Part shown: positions 47,143 through 55,200 of the stretch, one piece after another
Position numbering within the stretch: position 1 is the first letter of the stretch
Layout of the letters: each line of letters starts with the position of its first letter
Assembly (NCBI GenBank): GCA_002505455.1
Contig: DAVB01000060.1
Span: forward strand, 1 to 64,000
DNA: 64,000 bases
Origin: Euryarchaeota archaeon UBA52
GTDB lineage: Archaea > Thermoplasmatota > Poseidoniia > Poseidoniales > Thalassarchaeaceae
Direction: 5' to 3'
Made by a program: the position numbers and the translations under genes
The notes under the pieces: generated by a model
What the model was told of the DNA's origin: nothing
The model's input: the letters and a program-made list of their open reading frames with translations, nothing else
Databases searched by the model: none

Positions 47143-48522
47143 ATGATTTCAGATGAACTCAAACGTTGCCCGCCTGTCGTAGGGCCAATGGCATTCTCAC
47201 GAGTACTCATCGCAAATCGGGGTGAGATTGCATTGAGGATAATGAGGTCTCTCAGAACACTCGGTATTGAAGCCTCCATAATACATGGAAGAGAAGATAG
47301 AACGAGCCTACCTGTTCGCTGGTCTGATTCGGCAGTACAGATCTATCGCGATGACCCTCTTGCGAGCTATCTTGATGTCGAAGCAGTTGTAGAGGCTGCA
47401 AAAAGTGTCGGAGCAGATGCAGTTCACCCGGGATATGGCTTCCTTGCAGAAAATCCCAATTTGGCTCGAAGACTCAATGAGGAAGGAATCACCTTTATCG
47501 GGCCTTCTGCAGAAATTCTTGAACTTCTTGGAGACAAGATACAGGCACGTTCCGCGATGACCGCCGCAGGGCTCCCGGTTGCACGGGGGTCAGAAGAACC
47601 GATAGAGAACTCCGAGAGTGCTATGGTCATTGCAGCTGAGATTGGCTATCCAGTCATCATAAAAGCCGCTGCTGGAGGCGGTGGCATAGGAATGCAAATA
47701 GTGCATACTGAGGACGAATTTGACTCTGCATTTCGCCTATGTTCAAGCAGGGCCTCTTCAGCATTTGGGGATGGTAGAGTCTTTGTTGAGAAGTACATAG
47801 AGGAAGCGCAACACATTGAATTTCAGGTTCTCGGCGATGGAAAAGATGCAGTCCATTTTGGAGAGCGCTTCTGCTCCATACAAAGACGACATCAGAAGAT
47901 ATTGGAAGAGGGTCCATGGCTAGATGCCGAGATTAGGGAAAGAATCGGATCCAAAGTCGTCGAAGGTGCGAAAGCAGTGGGATATCGCGGCCTTGCAACA
48001 TTCGAATTTCTGAGGGATGCTAAGGGGGAATTCTACTTCTTGGAAGTCAATCCTAGAGTTCAGGTTGAACACACAGTCACGGAGGCTCTGACAGGTTTCG
48101 ACCTAGTGTCATTGGGAATTAGGGTGGCTGCAGGCGAATCCCTTCCAATTAGCCAAGATGAGATACATCTTCGAGGCCATGCAATACAAGCTAGAATAAA
48201 TGCCGAGCGACCGGAAGATTTCACACCCGCACCTGGGAGGCTATGGGAGTGTATCCTTCCCTCCGGACCCGGCATAAGAGTCGACTCCCATGCTTGTTCC
48301 GGATACTCCATGCCAACTTGCTTCGATTCCCTGCTTGCTAAGATTATAGCACATGGAAGAGATAGAAAAGAAGCCATTGAGAGATTAGATGCAGCGTTAA
48401 GAGAAACCGTCCTTGATGGAGTAGAAACGTTAATTCCGCTGCATAGGAAGATACTCAGAGAGTCTGACTTTGTAAAGAGAGAAATTACTATTTCATATCT
48501 TGAAGATCATGATTTTAGGTGA
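47143..48522 (+). CDS. accC: Biotin carboxylase (acetyl/propionyl-CoA carboxylase ATP-grasp subunit)
   Basis: …VLIANRGEIALRIMR…, …GYPVIIKAAAGGGGIGMQIV… and …EVNPRVQVEHTVTE… are conserved biotin carboxylase blocks. 459 aa. Confidence 0.9.
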   Translation: MISDELKRCPPVVGPMAFSRVLIANRGEIALRIMRSLRTLGIEASIIHGREDRTSLPVRWSDSAVQIYRDDPLASYLDVEAVVEAAKSVGADAVHPGYGFLAENPNLARRLNEEGITFIGPSAEILELLGDKIQARSAMTAAGLPVARGSEEPIENSESAMVIAAEIGYPVIIKAAAGGGGIGMQIVHTEDEFDSAFRLCSSRASSAFGDGRVFVEKYIEEAQHIEFQVLGDGKDAVHFGERFCSIQRRHQKILEEGPWLDAEIRERIGSKVVEGAKAVGYRGLATFEFLRDAKGEFYFLEVNPRVQVEHTVTEALTGFDLVSLGIRVAAGESLPISQDEIHLRGHAIQARINAERPEDFTPAPGRLWECILPSGPGIRVDSHACSGYSMPTCFDSLLAKIIAHGRDRKEAIERLDAALRETVLDGVETLIPLHRKILRESDFVKREITISYLEDHDFR

Positions 48523-49492
48523 TGGCTTGGATCTTGTAATCGTTGGCAGTATTGGATATGATGACATACAGACACCTTACGGGAAAGTAAGCAGTCTATT
48601 GGGCGGATCAGCGTCATATTCCGGCCTTTCTGCAGCATTCCACGCTCGTGATATTGGGTTGGAGAGAGTAAGCGTTGGCCTAGTGTCAATTATCGGCTCC
48701 GACTTCGACGAGACCTCTTATCGAAGAATTGTTGACGCAGGGTTAGATATCGAAGGCGTAAAACAATCTGATGGGATGACCTTTCGCTGGTCAGGAAAGT
48801 ATGAGGGTTCAATGGACCATGCTATAACCGTGTCAACAGAAGTCAACGTTCTCTCTGATTTCAAGCCAACTTTGCCAGCATCCTGGAAAGATCCTACAAT
48901 CTTGTTCTGCTCTTCAGCAAGCCCTGCCACGCAGATCGAAGTTCTGAATGCCAACCAAGGCTCCAAGGTCACTGCATTGGATACTTTCCAGCTTTGGATT
49001 GATTCGGAATTTTCCGGATTGAGCGAGGCTCTTCGGAAGGTCGATATTGCTATTTTCAATGAGGACGAGGTCAATGCGATTGGAGATGGTCAGAACTTTC
49101 TTGAATCAGGAAGAAACATCATCACTGGCCAGAGTCTTAATGGAGGCGAATTGGCTGGTTCAGGGCCCCAATGTCTGATTATCAAGAGAGGAAGTGCAGG
49201 GTGCGTATGCATTCATAGGGACGGCCTCATCATTCTTCCAGCTTATCCCACAGAGTCGGTAGTTGACCCCACTGGTTGTGGTGATGTTTTCGCCGGGGCG
49301 TTCTTGGCACAACTTGTCCCCCACGAAGGAAATCTTTCAGATATCGAATCTATCCGTAGAGCACTGATACATGCTACAGTAACTGCATCATTCAATATAG
49401 AATCATTTGGATCAGATTCCATTTCAAGTTTAAAACGAGGAAAATATCGAGCCAGGCTCGATCGTTATCGGAGAATGGCCGGCATCATCTGA
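48500..49492 (+). CDS. PfkB-family carbohydrate/nucleoside kinase (ribokinase-like)
   Basis: C-terminal DPTGCGDVFAGAF (PfkB anion-hole/GAGD motif). 330 aa. Overlaps the accC end by 23 nt. Confidence 0.8.
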   Translation: MKIMILGDGLDLVIVGSIGYDDIQTPYGKVSSLLGGSASYSGLSAAFHARDIGLERVSVGLVSIIGSDFDETSYRRIVDAGLDIEGVKQSDGMTFRWSGKYEGSMDHAITVSTEVNVLSDFKPTLPASWKDPTILFCSSASPATQIEVLNANQGSKVTALDTFQLWIDSEFSGLSEALRKVDIAIFNEDEVNAIGDGQNFLESGRNIITGQSLNGGELAGSGPQCLIIKRGSAGCVCIHRDGLIILPAYPTESVVDPTGCGDVFAGAFLAQLVPHEGNLSDIESIRRALIHATVTASFNIESFGSDSISSLKRGKYRARLDRYRRMAGII

Positions 49493-50933
49493 GATGCCGT
49501 ATACCAGGTATCCCGGCCCCTTCCCCGCCGTATGTGCTAGGTCTTAATTCGCTGAACCTCGGGAGTAAACCATCTTCATCAACAGGCATATTGTCGATTT
49601 CAAGTCGTTTATTCATCACTATTCTTCGTAGTGCATTCTGACCACTTGTTTCAGGATGAACACGGGTTGGAGCCCCTCCAAGATTAACCTCAGCTTGATG
49701 TTGATGATCAGCACGTAATCTCAGTTTTTGTGCAGACCTTAGTCTAGAGTCCTGATCTAACTCATTCACTTCATTCTCAACCCTATTCCGTTCCTTCCCC
49801 CTGTTTGGAATGGGCACTAACAAACGTTCAACCCAACTGCGTCTGCGAGGCTTATCCGAAGAAACAATTGACGAAATCTTGCTACGACCGGGTCCAATAC
49901 TCTTCATGACCTTCTTTGCCCTAGCTTGCTTTACGATGCCTGGGCGGCACTCTTCTCTGACAGCGGCATCTGTAGGGTCAGGCAGTATATCGCCGCCCAT
50001 CTCTATTGATTCATATGATCTGACCGCGCGACTCAGCATCATCGAACTCGATTGAGGAGATTCGTTAGCGGCTGGAGATATCTCGTTAGTGCCCCATCCA
50101 TTCATGACTGCTGGCTCATTTGAAACAGCACTCTCGACAGACTCTATGGCAGGAGCAGGATCATCAAACATCGCCCATTGCATGCCCCCATCATTTCCAC
50201 GATCATCGAATCCGAAACTCGCATCAAATGGAAGTGCCGAGTCAGTAATAGATGGAGATGGTGAGGCCAGGGCCCCCGTCGCAGGTATTTCCAAGCTGTC
50301 TTCAGTGCTTGAGTAACTCATAGCAGAACTCTGAATTGACACCGGAGACGAACTTCTGGTGGATGGATGGCTTGTTTGAATGGGTGTTTTCCCAGTCATT
50401 GAATTTATCAGACGCTCCTCTTCTTCGTATATCCTCGATTTTTTGATATCACGCCGAGCATCGCTGATTGTATCTCCGTGCATGACTCTGTTAAGCATCT
50501 GATAAAGATACAGAAGATCACTCTGCGAACCAGATATGAGGTGACGCATCCCATTCGAATGGTCGATAGCCAAGACTGGAAGTCTGAACCCAGCATAAAT
50601 TCCAACTGATATGATGCCTGCTGCAATAGAGATATATGAGTAAGGTGCGACAAGTATTCTGGTTGCTGAGAAAATAAATGCCAGTCCAAGCAGTAGCCAA
50701 GTGCTAGAGTATCTCTGAATATCCGTCTGCCTAAGAACGTCTATCGATCCGAGATCTATCGCAGTTCCGATGCCCCGGGGATCTTCAAATCGTAGCTTAC
50801 GCTGATCGAGCACAGCTCTGAAGTGTCTTGACAGCCCGACCAGAGATAGATCGTCGAACCACTCCGACTCACTATTCTCCGCCCGAGCCTGTGGCCCGGC
50901 TGAGTACATCCGAGCCTCCATCCAAAGTTTCAC
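49485..50933 (-). CDS. Hypothetical membrane protein with 3-4 N-terminal TM helices and a long Ser/Pro/Ala-rich low-complexity cytoplasmic or external tail
   Basis: 482 aa. TM cluster at ~75-130. Then ~150 aa of S/P/A/D-rich sequence and a basic C-terminal region. No motif. Confidence 0.55.
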   Translation of the reverse strand: MKLWMEARMYSAGPQARAENSESEWFDDLSLVGLSRHFRAVLDQRKLRFEDPRGIGTAIDLGSIDVLRQTDIQRYSSTWLLLGLAFIFSATRILVAPYSYISIAAGIISVGIYAGFRLPVLAIDHSNGMRHLISGSQSDLLYLYQMLNRVMHGDTISDARRDIKKSRIYEEEERLINSMTGKTPIQTSHPSTRSSSPVSIQSSAMSYSSTEDSLEIPATGALASPSPSITDSALPFDASFGFDDRGNDGGMQWAMFDDPAPAIESVESAVSNEPAVMNGWGTNEISPAANESPQSSSMMLSRAVRSYESIEMGGDILPDPTDAAVREECRPGIVKQARAKKVMKSIGPGRSKISSIVSSDKPRRRSWVERLLVPIPNRGKERNRVENEVNELDQDSRLRSAQKLRLRADHQHQAEVNLGGAPTRVHPETSGQNALRRIVMNKRLEIDNMPVDEDGLLPRFSELRPSTYGGEGAGIPGIRHLR

Positions 50934-50989
50934 AATTTATACTCTTAGGCTGGAAATGATGTCTCAGGCCTCTACAAGAGAATATATGC

Positions 50990-52021
50990 TCAGACCGGAT
51001 GAATATCAGTTATCGCTCCAATAATCCTCATTGGCCCTGCATCCAACTGCACTAGAAGCGGTGGTTTTTCCGAAGACGTCCTTACATCTATGGGTCTGTC
51101 CCACACAACTACCATGCTGCTCCCGCTCACAGATTCCACTCTTCCAACGATGAACTGTAAATCACAAGACATGTGGACCACATCTCCAACTTTCAGAACA
51201 TTTTTCTGGAATACTGAAATATTGATTTCAATCTTACTTTTCTCCATTCGAGTCAAAAGCTTCGACCCAACACCTACGATCTGGCTACCCTTGTCAAGAA
51301 TATTGTCCTGAACCCCCCTAAGAGCCACGCCTACACGATCGCCTGCTATTGCGAAGTCAACATCGTCATCCATTACTTGCAGGGAACGCACTACTCCGAC
51401 ATGACCCCCTGGATAAATTTCAACAGAGTCATGTTTCCGAATTATACCGGAACGAACGTATCCGATCCCAACCAATCCAATTCCTTTGACGACAAAGTGC
51501 TGGTCAATGGAGACAAGAACCTCTTCGTCTGCAGTGTCAGTCCTAACTCTACTCAGAAGCTCCGATCTAATTTCATGCGGATCCGGCAAGGAATCGTGTA
51601 TTTTCCATGACTCAAGACCGGCTTGATCACGAATCAACGATAGCTTCTCGGGATCAATCCAATCACCGTCTTTTGGATTGATGATGATGTGTCCATTCGC
51701 CACTTTGGATGAAGAGTATGCCACCATGGCCTCCCCAATTGCTGCATTGATTTCTCTGACCTCTATTATACCAGAATCAGCAACATTCAACGTCGATAGC
51801 AGAGGTCGGAGACTCTCCGGATGTTTTAGAGGCCTAATCATCGAGAGAATCCTTCTTTCCGGCCCTTCTCCTTCTTTGTAAACATAAGATTCAACATCTC
51901 TTGAATCTGAAATCTTGCCGAGACTTCGCAGAAGGCTTTCAGTGGCAAGTACAGCCACATTCAGAACAGGCATGAGTAAACAACCTCTGGTGATTAGTTT
52001 GACGGACGAATCAGGAACCAT
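50990..52021 (-). CDS. EF-Tu/SelB/aIF2-gamma-like protein with a degenerate G-domain (pseudo-GTPase) and conserved domain II beta-barrel
   Basis: …DQHFVVKGIGLVGIGYVRSGIIRKHDSVEIYPGG…AGDRVGVALRGV… aligns by eye to EF-Tu domain II (…FSITGRGTVVTGRVERG…VEIVG…AGENVGVLLRGI). The N-terminal 150 aa keep only remnants (LGKIS for GxxxxGKS, NPKD for NKxD). Confidence 0.6.
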   Translation of the reverse strand: MVPDSSVKLITRGCLLMPVLNVAVLATESLLRSLGKISDSRDVESYVYKEGEGPERRILSMIRPLKHPESLRPLLSTLNVADSGIIEVREINAAIGEAMVAYSSSKVANGHIIINPKDGDWIDPEKLSLIRDQAGLESWKIHDSLPDPHEIRSELLSRVRTDTADEEVLVSIDQHFVVKGIGLVGIGYVRSGIIRKHDSVEIYPGGHVGVVRSLQVMDDDVDFAIAGDRVGVALRGVQDNILDKGSQIVGVGSKLLTRMEKSKIEINISVFQKNVLKVGDVVHMSCDLQFIVGRVESVSGSSMVVVWDRPIDVRTSSEKPPLLVQLDAGPMRIIGAITDIHPV

Positions 52022-52511
52022 CGACCCTCATGCCGTCTCTTGCTTGTTTTGCCATGTTGTACAGGCGTTCCTCCTCTTCGCCACTCGGCGTGAATTGGGG
52101 TACCTCCGTAGGTTTCATCGAACTGTCCACTGCAACCATAAAGAAGAATCCTGAACAGATCTCTTCAGGATTCCATTCCTTTCGAGAAAGTCTGCAAGAT
52201 GTGACGTGTACGCCAATGGTTCTTGGAGAAGTCCAAACAACTCTAGCGATAGTTCTGATTACGTCGCCTTGATACGCAGGCCTCTTAAATTTCAGAGCGT
52301 CAACTGAGATTGTAACTACGTCCTCACTGCAAAATTTGCTTGCAGCCATTCCTGCGGCGGTATCCATGATAGACATCAACCGACCACCAAAAAGTGTGTT
52401 TAGTGCATTGGTATCACCCGGAAATACCTCATTCAGTTGAATGACCGGGTCAGACCCCCCACTGTTATTCATGTCTAATACGTGCCGAGTGCTCCGCTCT
52501 CTTGAATCCAC
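52011..52511 (-). CDS. Acyl-CoA thioesterase (hotdog fold, YciA-like)
   Basis: …TLFGGRLMSIMDTAAGMAA…VTISVDALKFKRPAYQGDV… hotdog-fold thioesterase core. 166 aa. Confidence 0.75.
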   Translation of the reverse strand: MDSRERSTRHVLDMNNSGGSDPVIQLNEVFPGDTNALNTLFGGRLMSIMDTAAGMAASKFCSEDVVTISVDALKFKRPAYQGDVIRTIARVVWTSPRTIGVHVTSCRLSRKEWNPEEICSGFFFMVAVDSSMKPTEVPQFTPSGEEEERLYNMAKQARDGMRVDGS

Positions 52512-52580
52512 CCCGCATAATGTGTCAAATGAAACAGATTTGACCGTGGCGTTGATTTCTCACCCTGCTTTCTTCGGCCC

Positions 52581-53351
52581 GTGGACCGAGCACACCTTGC
52601 ATGGGAACCAATTCATTTAGCTGATCCAGATGGTGGGAATTACATCCTTTGGCCACATCTTCCGTGCATCGAATCTCCCGCAGAATTACGACCCAAAGGA
52701 GATTGGAACGCAATAGCGATACTAGCATCTTCGGAGGATATTTGGAGGTGGGAACAAGAATTCTCTGAAGATCAGAAAAATCCCGGTGCACATCTTGCTG
52801 CTGCTATGGCCTCAGGAACTTCGCTGGGACGTTATTTGGCAGATATCACGACTCTTGATCTGAAACAGGTGTCCATTCCAGATCCCGAACCAATGAGGCT
52901 TGTAGATTCGTACCCCTCATCAAAGATATTTCCACTAGAGCCTCCAAGTGACGATTCGGAGTGGGCAGATTTGATGGTAGAACATGCCGATCAGGCCGCT
53001 AAAGCCTCCAACTTGATCTCCCTTCTTGGTACTGGAAGGAGATGGAGGAAAGCCAGATCGGAAGTGATACCCGATATAGCCACGCACCCGCATGTAGATT
53101 CTGATATGGGCGCAGCAGCAGCATCCGCAGCAGCATGGTGGAGAGAAGAACAGCGTACATGGAAGAACGATCTAGATTTCAAGAGGGATATCCGCCAGAT
53201 GTCTAGACTCAGGGGCGCCATGGTTCAGATTAGATCCGATGATACGGCAAGTACCATCTTAGTCCCTGTTCATCAGGCAAGGTTGCAGCGTATCTCGGAG
53301 GTACTTTCTATGTGGCCCGATGTGGAATATGTATGGAGTGGGTCTGAATGA
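52581..53351 (+). CDS. Hypothetical protein (Trp/Asp-rich). Its stop overlaps the next start (ATGA).
   Basis: 256 aa with no motif. First gene of a 3-gene overlapping operon. Confidence 0.5.
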   Translation: MDRAHLAWEPIHLADPDGGNYILWPHLPCIESPAELRPKGDWNAIAILASSEDIWRWEQEFSEDQKNPGAHLAAAMASGTSLGRYLADITTLDLKQVSIPDPEPMRLVDSYPSSKIFPLEPPSDDSEWADLMVEHADQAAKASNLISLLGTGRRWRKARSEVIPDIATHPHVDSDMGAAAASAAAWWREEQRTWKNDLDFKRDIRQMSRLRGAMVQIRSDDTASTILVPVHQARLQRISEVLSMWPDVEYVWSGSE

Positions 53352-53881
53352 GCGATGTCACTGATCGACTTGAGGTTAGTGTGGAAGATCAAACTTTCAG
53401 ATTTATCCCGAGGGACATAGTATCGAGAAGTGAGGCTCTTTCGTTAAAAGGAGCCTCTATGATAGGTGATGAAGTCGTCTTGGAGCGCTCACATCCTAGA
53501 GCTACTTTGGTGTTTGAGCAATCGGGAGGGATACTAGTCCATGGCATAGCCAGACCGGAGGTTGCGAAACTAGTAGCAAGAGAAGCATTACTGCGCCTCG
53601 GTTACCAGGAAGAAGGTATCACGATGGAATCCGGGCCTATCCTCATGAGTTTCAGAACCGGCCGAGCCATCATCTCTAGTGTAGCAGTAGGCCGTTTAAA
53701 TGAAGCATCCATGAATGATGACTTAGGCGCAATAGAGATTGCCGCCACCAGATTTGGAGGTACAATCATACTCTTTCCGAGTGGGAGGGGACTCGTATTC
53801 GGAATGAACTCCAGAAAGATCGGCGAGTTAGCAATTCACACATATCTCGAGATCCTCGGAGAAGAAGGAGCGCTCGCGTGA
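53348..53881 (+). CDS. Divergent TATA-binding-protein-like protein (two TBP-type repeats)
   Basis: Two internal repeats, each ending in a TBP-like block. Repeat 1 has RATLVFEQSGGILVHGIARPEVAKLVAREALLRLG and repeat 2 has TIILFPSGRGLVFGMNSRKIGELAIHTYLEILG. Compare TBP's ALLIFSSGKLVVTGAKS…A…KL… pattern. 177 aa. The N-terminal halves of the repeats are much more divergent than in canonical archaeal TBP. Confidence 0.55.
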   Translation: MSDVTDRLEVSVEDQTFRFIPRDIVSRSEALSLKGASMIGDEVVLERSHPRATLVFEQSGGILVHGIARPEVAKLVAREALLRLGYQEEGITMESGPILMSFRTGRAIISSVAVGRLNEASMNDDLGAIEIAATRFGGTIILFPSGRGLVFGMNSRKIGELAIHTYLEILGEEGALA

Positions 53882-54777
53882 TATCCCCGGCCAGAGAATG
53901 GTCTTGGCAAGGCCCAATTGTCGACCATCATATCCATCTGGATAAATCAGGTCAGGGAATTGAGGCAGCTAAGGCGTTCAAAGCCTCCGGAGGAACTTCG
54001 ATATTATTAGTTCACAAGCCTAAATTTTCTTCTCTGCCTATCGATGGAGAAGGGTATAGGGCCGCTTACTCATCAACACTCGAAATGGCTGATCACATTC
54101 GTAAGAAGGTCGACATAGGTGTGGGCGTAATACTCGGGCCACATCCTGTGGCATGGGACCATCAAGCAGATGAGATAGGAGTCCAGGCAGCATCAGAGAT
54201 TCACCTCGAAGCAGTTTCGATTGCTCTTGACCACGTAAATGAACGCGATGCAGTTGGTCTAGGGGAGGTTGGAAGACCACATTATGCTGTATCAGAGGAA
54301 AGGTGGGAATATGCAAATGATTTGCTAATCGACGTTTTGAAAATGGCCAATGAGGATGACTCAGCCGTTCAACTGCATGTCGAAGAGAATGGCGAAGAAA
54401 CTTGCAGGACCATCGATGCAATAAGATCAAAATCAGGTTTGGACAGAAAAAAGACGGTTCGCCATTATGCCCCGCCAAATCTTTCTGACACGTTCAGATC
54501 AAAACTCCCCTGTACGGTGAGTGTAGGGCGCGGGAGCATCACTCAAATTATCGAATCATGGAACGAGGGAGCTGCCTACTGGGGCATGGAAACCGATTAT
54601 CTCGACGATCCTCGACGTCCGGGTGCCGTACTGGGCCCCCGCACAGTTCCACGTAGAACGAAGGAGCTTTGCGATGAGTGGATTGGTTCCGGCAAAAAAG
54701 AACAAACTCTTGATGAGCTTCTACATAGGGTAAATCGGGATTGGATCGAGTCGATTTATGACTGGTCTCCGGATTGA
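53878..54777 (+). CDS. TatD-family metal-dependent hydrolase (amidohydrolase fold)
   Basis: N-terminal IVDHHIHLD (HxH metal site). …GLGEVGRPHY…. …LHVEENGEE…. 299 aa. The GTG start overlaps the previous stop (GTGA). Confidence 0.7.
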   Translation: MISPAREWSWQGPIVDHHIHLDKSGQGIEAAKAFKASGGTSILLVHKPKFSSLPIDGEGYRAAYSSTLEMADHIRKKVDIGVGVILGPHPVAWDHQADEIGVQAASEIHLEAVSIALDHVNERDAVGLGEVGRPHYAVSEERWEYANDLLIDVLKMANEDDSAVQLHVEENGEETCRTIDAIRSKSGLDRKKTVRHYAPPNLSDTFRSKLPCTVSVGRGSITQIIESWNEGAAYWGMETDYLDDPRRPGAVLGPRTVPRRTKELCDEWIGSGKKEQTLDELLHRVNRDWIESIYDWSPD

Positions 54778-55028
54778 AATAAACGAAATATGCTTATCCT
54801 GGGCATGAACGCAAGAAACCCACCTATACAGAAAAGAGTGAGGAAGGATAGACCAACTAACCAGTCAGGTTGACCCGTGTTCCATCCCAATGCTTCAGCT
54901 GCGAGAACAAACAGAGGAGCATTCACCGGCAGGAAAACAACCATCATCGCGATGCCAATTTTACGTCTCCACATCATGCTTCTCAATCTGCCAAGATGCC
55001 GTAAGGTGCATAACGACGACGGATACAT
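54756..55028 (-). CDS. Small hypothetical membrane protein (2 TM)
   Basis: 90 aa ORF with two hydrophobic helices. Weak. Confidence 0.3.
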   Translation of the reverse strand: MYPSSLCTLRHLGRLRSMMWRRKIGIAMMVVFLPVNAPLFVLAAEALGWNTGQPDWLVGLSFLTLFCIGGFLAFMPRISIFRLFQSGDQS

Positions 55029-55073
55029 TCGACCGAATCGATTTAGTGGAGCACTCTACCCGACCAACCTAGA

Positions 55074-55150
55074 GCGCCTGTAGTGAAGTCTGGTTATCAC
55101 CTGAGGTTTCCAACCTCATATCCTGGGTTCGAATCCCGGCGGGCGCACCA
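55074..55150 (+). tRNA. tRNA-Gly (anticodon TCC/UCC) with encoded CCA
   Basis: GCGCCTG-TA-GTGA…TCAC-C-TGAGG-TTTCCAA-CCTCA-TATC-CTGGG-TTCGAAT-CCCGG-CGGGCGC-A-CCA. Acceptor stem 7 bp (one G·U). Anticodon loop TT[TCC]AA. Confidence 0.85.
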
Positions 55151-55200
55151 CTCTAGAACTCGTACTGAAGACTACATACCCCTTATGGTCACGGACGGAT

